A stretch of DNA of 32,823 nucleotides from Paraspadella gotoi (taxonomy: Eukaryota > Animalia > Chaetognatha), in assembly GCA_051294375.1 (NCBI GenBank), contig CM119265.1, forward strand, positions 28,156,032 through 28,188,854, given 5' to 3'. Positions 23,292-32,823 of the stretch are shown one piece after another. A program made the position numbers and the translations under genes. The notes under the pieces are model-generated. The model did not search any database. It was given only the letters and a program-made list of their open reading frames with translations, and was not told where the DNA came from. Position 1 is the first letter of the stretch. Every line of letters starts with the position of its first letter.

Positions 23292-23601
23292 TTTTGACAA
23301 GGAATAAAAAAATATTTAGTATTAAGCAATTCGTGGTAGGATTTATAAGTATGATTTTCTTACTTTTTTGCCAACATTTTGATTCTTATGAACTAATCAT
23401 TTTTAAAGGCAGTCCAGAGTAAAAGTAAATTGTTCTAGAAAAAGTCAGGTTGAGAGAGAGAGAGAAGCAAAATACAAAAGAACTGCCTTGAAAAATGATT
23501 TGTTCATAAGATCAAAATATTAGCATGAAAGTAATAAAAATGAACTTGTAAATTCTACTATGAATTGCTTAATACTAAATATTTGTTATTCCTTGTCAAA
23601 A
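23292..23601. mobile_element. Fold-back/MITE of about 310 bp inside element B
   Basis: Seen: TTTTGACAAGGAATAA...TTTAGTATTAAGCAATTC versus GAATTGCTTAATACTAAAT...TTATTCCTTGTCAAAA, with arms of about 120 bp. Confidence 0.7.
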
Positions 23602-24006
23602 TATAAATATTTAATAATTTTATATTGCTGTATTATTTATTATAATGAAACTTGAATATATACTCAAGGTTTGAATAAGAGTCGTCTTACTTCTAAAAAC
23701 CTTGGGACTAAAGTTAAATGAAACTAAATAGAAAAAAAACTAATTAATAAAGTTTATACAGCTTATTAAAACTGATCTTATTTTCGTATCAGATTTTAAA
23801 CAGTGAACATGTTTCAACTTTTAATTCAAGTCTTCATCCACATTTATGAATTGTATACAGTTTTTTACTTCACAAAAAATATTTGGAGAGAGAGGAGAGA
23901 AAGGAAGAGAGAGTGAAAATTAGGTGAGAGAGAGAGAGAAAGAGAGAGAGAAAAATTTTCAACAAAGATTTGAGAAAAGGATAGAGGTCGAGGTGAAGAC
24001 AGGTTA

Positions 24007-26330
24007 GTTCTAGTTGGTTGGCGACTTCGCCATGGCGATATCGCCAGGGCTTTGGCGATGTCGCCAGTCCCCCCACTGGCGACCTCGCCAGTGATAAAAG
24101 TAGCGAATATAATGAAAAGCGCAGCTAACACGGGGATGAGCATCACCTTCAGGCTCCTCTCCCAACCCTAACCCTAAACCAAACCTCCCGTTCAACTCTG
24201 TGCCTCTCCCCTAACCCTAACCCGGGCTGGGCCTCCCGTACATCTCCATGCCTCAACCCTAACCCTAACCGCCTTTGATGCATCAACCACGGGCCCCTCC
24301 CCCAACCCTAACCCTAAACCAAGCCTTCCGTTCAACTCTGTGCCTCTCCCCTAACCCTAACCCAGGCTCAGCCTCCCGTACATCTCCGTGCCTCAACCCT
24401 AACCCTAACCGCCTTCAATGCATCAACCACGGGCCCCTCCCCCAACCCTAACCCTAAACTAAGCCTCCCGTTCAACTCCATGCCTCTCCCCTAACCCTAA
24501 CCCAGGCCCAGCCTCCCGTACATCTCCGTGCCTCAACCCTAACCCTAACCGCCTTCGATGAATCAACCATGGGTCCCTCCCGCAACCCTAACCCTAAACC
24601 AAGCCTCCCGTTCAACTCCATGCCTCTCCCCTAACCCTAAACCAGGCCCGGCCCCGTACATCTCCGTACCTCAACCCTAACCCTAATTGCCTTCGATATA
24701 TAACCACGGGCCTCTCTCCCAACCCTAACCCTAAACCGGGCCCAGGCCTCCCGTACATCTCCGTACCTCAACCCTAACCCTAATTGCCTTCGATATATAA
24801 CCCACGGGCCTCTCTCCCAACCCTAACCCTAAACCGGCCCAGGCCTCCCGTACATCTCCGTGCCTCAACCCTAACCCTAACGCGGGCCTCTTGGTCATCA
24901 ACAACACCCTCCCTACCCCTATCCCTAAAATTGACATTAATAATAAGCCTAAAATAAACTTAACTTAACTCAACCCTAACCCTAACCCTAAACTACTCAA
25001 CCCTAACCCTAACTACTCAACCCTAACCTAACTACTACCTACTCAACCCTAACCCTAAACAACTCAACCCTAACCCTAACCCTAATCTGAGTTTATTTTA
25101 GGCGAAATCGCCATAACTAGAACGCTAGATGTAGTTCACAGCAAATCGCCAAATCGGCGAGGGCTCATGGCTAAGTCGCGATTTGGCGATTTCGCCTGAA
25201 CTACATCTAGCGTTCTAGTTATGGCGATTTCGCCTAAAATAAACTCAGATTAGGGTTAGGGTTAGGGTTGAGTTGGTTTAGGGTTAGGGTTGAGTAGGTA
25301 GTAGTTAGGGTTAGGGTTGAGTAGTTTAGGGTTAGGGTTGAGTAGTTTAGGGTTAGGGTTAGGGTTGAGTTAAGTTAAGTTTATTTTAGGCTTATTATTA
25401 ATGTCAATTTTAGGGATAGGGGTAGGGAGGGTGTTGTTGATGACCAAGAGGCCCGCTAGGGTTAGGGTTGAGGCACGGAGATGTACGGGAGGCCTGGGCC
25501 CGGTTTAGGGTTAGGGTTGGGAGAGAGGCCCGTGGGTTAATATCGAAGGCAATTAGGGTTAGGGTTGAGGTACGGAGATGTACGGGAGGCCTGGGCCCGG
25601 TTTAGGGTTAGGGTTGGGAGAGAGGCCCGTGGGTTATATATCGAAGGCAATTAGGGTTAGGGTTGAGGTACGGAGATGTACGGGAGGCCGGGCCTGGTTT
25701 AGGGTTAGGGGAGAGGCATGGAGTTGAACGGGAGGCTTGGTTTAGGGTTAGGGTTGCGGGAGGGACCCATGGTTGATTCATCGAAGGCGGTTAGGGTTAG
25801 GGTTGAGGCACGGAGATGTACGGGAGGCTGGGCCTGGGTTAGGGTTAGGGGAGAGGCATGGAGTTGAACGGGAGGCTTAGTTTAGGGTTAGGGTTGGGGA
25901 GGGCCGGTGTTGATGCATTGAAGGCGGTTAGGGTTAGGGTTGAGGCACGGAGATGTACGGGAGGCTGAGCCTGGGTTAGGGTTAGGGGAGAGGCACAGAG
26001 TTGAACGGAAGGCTTGGTTTAGGGTTAGGGTTGGGGGAGGGGCCCGTGGTTGATGCATCAAAGGCGGTTAGGGTTAGGGTTGAGGCATGGAGATGTACGG
26101 GAGGCCCAGGCCCGGGTTAGGGTTAGGGGAGAGGCACAGAGTTGAACGGGAGGTTTGGTTTAGGGTTAGGGTTGGGAGAGGAGCCTGAAGGTGATGCTCA
26201 TCCCCGTGTTAGCTGCGCTTTTCATTATATTCGCTACTTTTATCACTGGCGAGGTCGCCAGTGGGGGGACTGGCGACATCGCCAAAGCCCTGGCGATATC
26301 GCCATGGCGAAGTCGCCAACCAACTAGAAC
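24007..26330. repeat. 2.3-kb near-perfect palindrome containing arrays with telomere-type repeats
   Basis: Seen: 24007 to about 25160 is the reverse complement of about 25176-26330 (the ORF track gives an identical 61-aa ORF on both strands). The centre is around CATG at 25166-25169. Each arm has clustered GGCGAnnTCGCC motifs, four 140-bp units (GTTCAACTC at 24190, 24330, 24470 and 24610) each with three CCCTAACCCTAA, shorter derived units, and a degenerate CCCTAA tract. Confidence 0.95.
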
Positions 26331-27623
26331 CACACCTGCAACTCGTGCGTGAATCGCCGGCGACATCGCTATTTAAATGAACTACAACTTAGGTTTAGGC
26401 CAGAGAGAGAGAGATAGATATTGAAAAAAAAATTTTTCACTGTTTTAAACAAAAATCATTGCTTGAACTACTTCAAACTCTTTCTTTCAAAAACGCGACA
26501 AAAGAAAGGATTTCACATAATGGTATAAATAATATTTTTTTTATTGCTGGATTAAAGGTTTTTTTAAGGAAAAGAAAAGAAAATTATAAATCTGATTAAC
26601 TTTTTGATGCATGGATATTGTTTCTCTTCTCCTTCACCTTGAAAAACTTAAAAATAAGGTATTCCTCTAAAGATTTACATAAAACTTTATGAAAAAAGGT
26701 CTAACTTCCGGCTATAGTTTTTGAGCAAAAAAATGGTATGCCAGTAAAAAATTACTGATAAAAAAAATTAAATTAGTAAAAGGTATTAAAAATTAAAACC
26801 AAGAAATTTTAAAATTAGAAAAGTCTCATTAATTGAATGAAATTGAAATGAAATTTTGAATATTTATAGTTAAAGTTTAAAGTCCTTTGGCTATTAAAAA
26901 ACGAATCTTTTTAAGATGTAATAATTGATAAATATGATTGAATTTTTTTATGATATGGATGTTAATCTTTTGTGATAAAGCTGTCATATAACAGAAAAAA
27001 ACCATTAGCAGTCAGAATAGATTAAAAACATTTAATAATACATATTTAATTGATTATCGAGCACTATTTCCGGTTTGGGACACGCCCACTATTGATGAAA
27101 AGCCTTTATTGAACATTTTTTGTCTAAGTACTACTTATTAAATAATTATACTAATTGCAGGATAAGTAAAATACAACTGCCTAACTTTTTAATTTGTAGT
27201 AAAAAGAAAAAATTCTATATTGTAGTCCACGCCAACTTCCGGTAAATTGTGCGCAGGTCTAATGCAAAATCTGATTGACGACACCTTGTTAATCGTTTTA
27301 AGCACTTAAATTATACTAGAAACTGTGTACAGGATTGTGAAAATTTCGACTGCATGGTTAAAAAAAACAGTGTACTATACAAAAAAAATGGTTTATCATC
27401 ATCGAATTCTACAGACTTTATTACATTAAAATAGCTATGTACCTCACTTGATTTGCTATATTTCGTTATTTTTCAACGCCCTACCCTGTATATATAAATC
27501 ATAGATAAAAAAGTTAAGATCTTGCAAATACCTTTTATAAAAATGAAAAAAAATAATATAACAAAATATTTGATTCTACTATGTTATTGTATTATTTTCT
27601 ATTATTTCGTTGCTAAGTGAATA

Positions 27624-27723
27624 TTAAGAAAGGTTTATTAATATGCCAATTATTAATTATTTATTATTACTAAAAAAAAATTAAAAAAATCGTTGTATTG
27701 GCACATTAATAAACCTTTCTTAA
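27624..27723. mobile_element. 100-bp MITE-like inverted repeat bounded by TTAA
   Basis: Seen: TTAAGAAAGGTTTATTAATATGCCAAT ... ATTGGCACATTAATAAACCTTTCTTAA (26/27 match). TTAA may be a TSD (inference). Confidence 0.55.
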
Positions 27724-27997
27724 GATTCTACTATGTAAATAAATTTTGATATACATCGTTCTATAAATGATAAAAACAGTTTTTACTTTGGTGATAAAAC
27801 CGACAAAGTTCGTTCTAAATTCTATGTAAAATCATTTTTGTAAATCGCTTTAGCTAATTATTTTCAAAATTTATATCAATCGTAAACAAAAGAAAAAATT
27901 TCAAGTAAAAATGGATCTAGAAATAAAAACTAGAAAAAAATAATGGAAAAGTTATTGAAAAAAATAAAAACTTTTAAAACTGATTAAAAAAATATTA

Positions 27998-28097
27998 GAA
28001 TTTTGAGCTTTGAATACAATTTCGTCGATATATTGATTATCATAATTATTATGTTTCCATTTAACAAAACTATAAAAGCAAAAGGAAAAAGCGAGAC
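27998..28097 (+). promoter_or_regulatory. Proximal promoter of lectin gene 2, with TATA box TATAAAA at 28071-28077
   Basis: Seen: canonical TATA about 95 bp before the ATG, in a block similar to 14871-14965. Confidence 0.65.
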
Positions 28098-28165
28098 AAT
28101 ACACAAGAGAAATAAAAAAGTAAAGACAAAAAATTTAAAAAAAAGAAAAGAAAAGAAAAGAAAAA

Positions 28166-28220
28166 ATGTTTATTCTTCTCTGCATCTTGACGGCGACATT
28201 ACGTTTCGACGTTAATGAAG
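28166..28220 (+). CDS. C-type lectin gene 2, exon 1 (signal peptide MFILLCILTATLRFDVNE)
   Basis: Seen: ATG, a hydrophobic stretch and phase-1 donor G|GTGAGA, followed by a 62-nt (GA)-rich intron. Confidence 0.8.
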
Positions 28221-28222
28221 GT

Positions 28223-28253
<31 letters not shown>

Positions 28254-28282
28254 CAATCATACCCCCTTCTATTCTCTTCCAG

Positions 28283-28671
28283 CTTTCCAAATACCAAAAG
28301 GCTACGAACTTCGTGGTGATGGCCACTATTACAAGAAGTCAGAGGCCAAAGCAACTTGGCATGAGGCATTAGAAATTTGTCAGAAGGAAGGCGCCAGTCT
28401 GGCAATAATCAATGACCAGACAACTAATGACATCGTTGGCTCATACTTTGACACAAAAGAAATTTGGATAAATTGCAATGACTTTGATGAAGAAGGAATA
28501 TTTAAAACGACTGACAAACAAAGATGCTCATACACAAACTGGGCTCCGGGGGAACCCAGTGGCGGTGAAAATCAACATTGCCTCCAGATTTGGAAAAATA
28601 AGAAAAATTATTGGGACGATCATAAATGCAATGAAAAGATTAAGCTTATGTATGTCAGTTCCAAATTGCAG
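28283..28671 (+). CDS. C-type lectin gene 2, exon 2 (CTLD1, EPS/WDD), with a frameshift near its 3' end
   Basis: Seen: acceptor CTCTTCCAG|CT. Translation FQIPKGYELRGDGHYYKKSEAKATWHEALEICQKEGASLAII...IWINCND...YTNWAPGEPSGGENQHCLQIW...WDDHKCN, after which VCQF falls out of frame. The exon is 389 nt versus 387 nt for exon 3. It is missed by the ORF track. Confidence 0.88.
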
Positions 28672-28781
28672 GTAATTAGACACTCGATATCATTCATGTA
28701 AATTAATGGGAATAGGGTGATAGAGAGAGAGATATAAAGAGAGAGAGAGAACACAATCACATTCTCACAATTCCTTTACAG

Positions 28782-29168
28782 CCATCAAACTTCCAAAAGG
28801 CTACAAATTTCGCGAAGATGCTCACTATTACAAGAAGTCAGAAGCCATAGCAACTTGGCAAGAGGCTGTAGAGATTTGTCAAAAGGATGGCGCCATTTTG
28901 GCGATTATTGATGACAAGAGAACCAACGACATCGTTGGCTCATACTTTGGCGGAAAACGGATTTGGATCAATGGCAATGATAAAGTAGAAGAAGGAATAT
29001 TTGAGACGAGCAATAAACAGCGCCTCTTTTATACAAACTGGGCCAAGGGAGAACCGAACAATAATGGGGATCAAGATTGCATAATGATTTGGAAAAATAA
29101 AGAGAATTATTGGGACGATAAGCATTGCAACATCCAGCTTAACTTTGTTTGTCAGTTTCGGATTGAGG
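28782..29168 (+). CDS. C-type lectin gene 2, exon 3 (CTLD2, EPN/WDD, mannose-type motif)
   Basis: Seen: acceptor CCTTTACAG|CC and donor G|GTAAAA, 387 nt, phase 1-1. Translation includes WINGND, YTNWAKGEPNN, DCIMIW, WDDKHC and FVCQF. Confidence 0.92.
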
Positions 29169-29456
29169 GTAAAAAAATAAACTTAGCACATGTATTTAAC
29201 CAATTTTTACTATATGATTATAAATTATCCATTCATTGAATTACTAAAATTGGTTATATCGATTATATTATATTATATGATCTTCAGTTAATAAGATAAA
29301 ATTTACTAGATTAAAAAAAAGCATGGCAAGCTTTTGAATCAAGGCTCTCACTCAGACTAGTTTAATAATTTTTTTATAAATTCTACACAAATGAGTTTTA
29401 ATCTAGAAAATCTATATAGTGGAACCATTAAAGAAATTCCTTTTATACTATGTCAG

Positions 29457-29647
29457 AGACTCAAAGAAAGAATGATATATATTACGTTCTGCATCATCGG
29501 ACACTCACACGCCAAGAAGCGCAAGAAAGCTGCAAGAGGACATATCCGGGTGGAACATTGGCGATGCCCAAAACCAAGGAAGTGGGGGAATTCCTCAAAG
29601 GCGCCTTCCAGACCGTCAGGGGTCCGAATGGAGCATGGATCGGCGTC
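29457..29647 (+). CDS. C-type lectin gene 2, probable exon 4 (N-terminal half of a third, divergent CTLD); the gene continues outside the window or is truncated
   Basis: Seen: acceptor TTTTATACTATGTCAG|AG in phase 1. Translation YYVLHHRTLTRQEAQESCKRTYPGGTLAMPK...AWIGV, with donor GTC|GTAAGA. No downstream exon was recognised up to 32823. Confidence 0.7.
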
Positions 29648-29772
29648 GTAAGATGCAGAGGTCAGCAGAAAACCTTTGGGCACTATTTTTCAAGTGCGCC
29701 TCATCTCTGTTCTTTCATCTCAAGTCTTTTAACTTAAATTTCAACCTTTATATTTAACCTTCATTTGCTGCA

Positions 29773-30455
29773 AAACCCTAAACCCTAATCCTAAAACTAA
29801 TCCTTAACCTAATCTTTAACCTAATCCCTAACCTAATGCTTGAAGTAATCCTTAACCTAATCCTTTACCTAATCATTAGCCTAATCCTTAAAGTAATCCT
29901 TCACCTAATCCCTAACCTAATCCTTGAAGTAATCCTTAACCTAATCCTTAACCTAATCTTTAAACTAATCCCTTGCATAATTTTTAACCTAATCCTTAAT
30001 CAAGTCCTTAACCTAATCCTTTACCTAATACTTAAACTAATCCTTAACCTAATATTTAAAGTAATCCTTAACCTAATCCTTAAAGTAATCCTTAACCAAA
30101 TCCTTAACATAATCCTTCAACTAATTCTTAACTTAATTATTAACCTAATCTTTAATCTAATCATTAATATAATTATTAACCTAATCCTTACCTAATCCAT
30201 ACCTAATCCTGAGCCTAATCCTTAACCTAATCCTTAACCTAATCCTTAGCCTAATCCTTTATCTAATCCTTAGCCTAATCCTTAACCTAATCCTTAACCT
30301 AATCCTTAACCTAATCATTAACCTAATCCTTAACCTAATTCTTAACCTAATCCTTGACCCTAACACCAAATCCTAATGCATAATTTCGAGTCCTAAACTC
30401 TAATCACTCATTCCAAACCCTAATTACTAGTTTAATCCCTAACTTATAACCTAAT
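29773..30455. repeat. 12-bp (CCTAATCCTTAA)n telomere-like satellite
   Basis: Seen directly. It gives rise to the spurious LILN-repeat ORF 29836..30195. Confidence 0.92.
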
Positions 30456-31181
30456 TTTTAAGATTTTTTTAAAATACCAAAAGTGCACTATATTTCAAAA
30501 GCGCCACGTTTTTGTTTGTAATTGTTATCAATGAAGGAAGTAGGCGTGGTTTATTATGGATAATTTATAGTAGTTTATTTTAAAAAATAAGATACACCTT
30601 AAAAGAACAGTGATCTCGCCAGACGAGAGGAGGAAATAAAGAAACCAGTGGTTGCGCCAATATATGTAAATCGCTTTTAAGGGCTTAAACTGAGCAGCAC
30701 TAATAATATTTTATTAAATTTTTCATCTTTTTTTAATTTTTTTAGTTTTTCAGCTTGCATCATTTTTCACCTTGCATCATTATTTTAGCTGGCATCATTT
30801 TTTAGCTTGCATCATATGTAATAAATAATTACATAGATTTTCTACTTAAAAAATGATATTATTTAAAAAATTATTAAATTATTTGGAAGGATTTAAATTT
30901 AAATAGAAATTGCTATTTTGTATAAAAGCAGGTGCAAAAGAAATATAGCAGGTGCATATGCATATGCATTTGCTTATTGCAGTAAATTATAATGAAGTGG
31001 AAATTCAAACAAAAAATACTTAAATCCAAATGTAATAAGAAAATATCAAAGCTATTTTAAGATGAAAAGCCATATCTAAATTTTTAATTTACTATGATAG
31101 CACACTTTTGAAAAACTTTATCATAATTCATAAGAATTTTTATTTAAAAAAGTCCCAGCCAAACCTATAAAAGCGTAGTAG

Positions 31182-32823
31182 TTTTTAGTCGGATTGCTTA
31201 TCAGCAGTCCGACTCTATAACTTCACTATTGTCGGTGCCGTCGGTCCGCCCCTCAATATTGTCGGGCACACACTTATATCATGTCAGAACATCCGAATTA
31301 TGAATAAATTATTGCAGAAAATGATGTCCGTCCCGTCGCGTCGTCGTCGTCCGTCGTCCGTCTGCTCCGCCTGTCCACCTTAGCAAAAACTCCAATTAAC
31401 TCGTGGATTGGATGGATGGATTGGTATGAAATTTTGTGTGTGGGTAGGAAACTGTGTGATTGAGATGGATATGAAGTTTCGAGGGAATCGTGCGAGTGGG
31501 AAATGGGTTTAAATGGAAAAACAACAAAAAATATATTTTCACATTTGAACGCCAATTGCTCATGGAGCTGGATAGGGCAATTGACTTTAAATTTTGTATG
31601 ATGGTAGGAAAGTGTTGTGACTGAGCTGGATATAAAGTTTCGATGGAATCGTGCGAAGTGAAAATGAGTTAAAATGGAAAAACAAAGTCATATTTACTTG
31701 AAGTATTTTTACTTAAATTTCTCCATAATTATTATGTTTATTAAAAATTTGATAGATAAATCGAAATTGAATTTTGTGTGGTGGGTAGAAAGTAATGTGA
31801 TAAAGCTGGATATAAATATTTTTGATGGAATCATAGAGTGGAAAAGAGTTCAAATTAGAAAACCAAAAGAACCATTTATTTGAATTTTTAAAGTTTCTCT
31901 CTCTCTAATCTCTCTCTGATTATTGATTGGATTGATTGATTGATTGATTGATTGATTGTAACCAAATTATGCCAATTGACAGAAAATATGCCAGTTTGAC
32001 CAAAAATTCTTAAAAGTTTGAACCAAATTATGCGCAGTTGACCAAATTCTGCAAGTTGATCAAGTTCTGCAAGTTGACGCAAATTAATGCCTGTTTGACC
32101 CAAATTATGCCAGTTGACCCAAAAATTAGGCCAGTTGATAAAATTATGCCAGTTGACGCAAATTATGCCGGTTGACCAAATATCTTAATTGATCAAATTA
32201 TGTCAGTTGAACACAATTATGTCAGTTGACAAAATTTATGGTCAGTAGAACCAAATTATGTCAGTTACCAAATTATGTCTGTTGACGCAAGTTGATTAAA
32301 TTAGGTGCAAGTTGACCAAGTTAGCTTGATTACCACTTAATTATCGATTGACCTGGAATTTTTGTATGTGAGGTAGAAAAGTGTGTGATTGAACAGGAAA
32401 CCAAAGTTTTCAAGTGGAATCTTTTGAGTAGAAATGAGTTTAAATGGAAAAAACAAAAAAACGGTGTTTCCACTAATTGGAATTATGATTTTTCTTTTTC
32501 CTTTTATATGAAATTTTGTGTGTGGGTAGAAAAGTGGGTGATAAAGCTGGATATAAAGTTTCGACGGAATCGTGTGAGTGGAAATGAGTTTAAGTTGAAA
32601 AAACATAAGTCGCATTTACTATAATATTTTTACTTATTTTAACCAATAAGTACTTTAATTAATCATAATTGGATGGATAGATTGAGTTCAAATTTTTTGT
32701 GTGGGTAGAAAAATGTGTAACGATGCTTGATATAAAGTTTCGGTGGAAACGTACGAGTGGAAATGAGTTTAAATGAACAAAATCATAAGTCACATTTACT
32801 TGAATCTTTATTATTTATGATTA
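31182..32823 (+). mobile_element. Helentron/DINE-1-like element with internal 160-180-bp tandem repeats, running off the window
   Basis: Seen: 5' end TTTTTAGTCGGATTGCTTATCAGCAGTCCGACTCTATAA (inverted repeat GTCGGA/TCCGAC), a (GTCC/GTC)n microsatellite, and repeated GTGGGTAG units at about 31440, 31601, 31781, 32371, 32522 and 32701. Confidence 0.65.
31961..32330. repeat. 20-21-bp minisatellite (CCAAATTATGCCAGTTGA..), preceded by (GATT)n
   Basis: Seen directly. It interrupts the tandem array of the preceding element. Confidence 0.88.

Larger units (their letters stand above)
22710..27374. mobile_element. Non-autonomous DNA transposon B (4.67 kb) with imperfect TIRs of about 500 bp and TSD CTATACAA
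   Basis: Seen: TACACTGTTTTTTTTAACCATGCAGTCGAAA... versus ...TTTCGACTGCATGGTTAAAAAAAACAGTGTA. Inverted similarity continues to about 23207/26892. TSD at 22702-22709 and 27375-27382 (9-bp ACTATACAA is also possible). No transposase ORF was seen, and the superfamily (hAT versus MULE/Foldback) is unresolved. Confidence 0.88.
22653..27483 (-). mobile_element. Inverted truncated copy A2 of the left end of A1 (about 155 bp), split by element B
   Basis: Seen: 22653-22709 joined to 27383-27483 gives the reverse complement of about 21729-21882, ending ...TTTTTCAACGCCCTA. Confidence 0.85.

Noticed and set aside
24158-24885. CRISPR-like repeat-spacer appearance
   Set aside because: The constant part is only the 12-nt telomeric dimer, the spacers repeat with a 140-bp period instead of being unique, there are no cas genes, and the context is eukaryotic.
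24971-25370. Ancient telomere-telomere fusion site
   Set aside because: The polarity is CCCTAA then TTAGGG, whereas a fusion gives TTAGGG then CCCTAA. The repeats are also not pure tracts.
24010-26327. Identical 61-aa ORFs (24010..24195 minus and 26142..26327 plus)
   Set aside because: They are a by-product of the palindrome. LGLGLG is translated TTAGGG, and there is no sign of real coding sequence.
29836-30195. 119-aa Leu/Ile/Asn-rich ORF resembling a leucine-rich repeat
   Set aside because: It is the translation of the 12-bp CCTAATCCTTAA satellite.

Overview
AT-rich, repeat-dense eukaryotic genomic DNA, probably from an invertebrate animal (spliceosomal GT-AG introns, C-type lectin genes, TTAGGG-type repeats). 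It comes from a draft assembly with four 25-N gaps and stretches that look like uncorrected long-read sequence. There are no prokaryotic features or CRISPR arrays. Main content: (1) a heavily frameshifted Ty3/Gypsy LTR retrotransposon of CsRn1-like type (8623-12900) with its PPT and 3' LTR; (2) two paralogous secreted C-type lectin genes on the + strand that share about 100 bp of promoter. Gene 1 (15027-19274, 3 exons, about 224 aa) encodes a degenerate lectin domain plus an unrecognised C-terminal domain. Gene 2 (28166 to beyond 29647) has tandem lectin domains and is incomplete in the window; (3) between them, a nest of non-autonomous DNA transposons with clear TIRs and 8-bp TSDs, whose innermost part is a 2.3-kb near-spacerless palindrome (24007-26330) built from 140-bp units carrying CCCTAA/TTAGGG dimers; (4) two copies of an element of about 235 bp that contains a 72-nt tRNA-like fold, sub-terminal inverted repeats and a terminal hairpin; (5) many Helentron/DINE-1-like elements, MITEs, microsatellites and minisatellites. 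Most ORFs in the supplied track are low-complexity artefacts. All calls were made by eye, without database searches.
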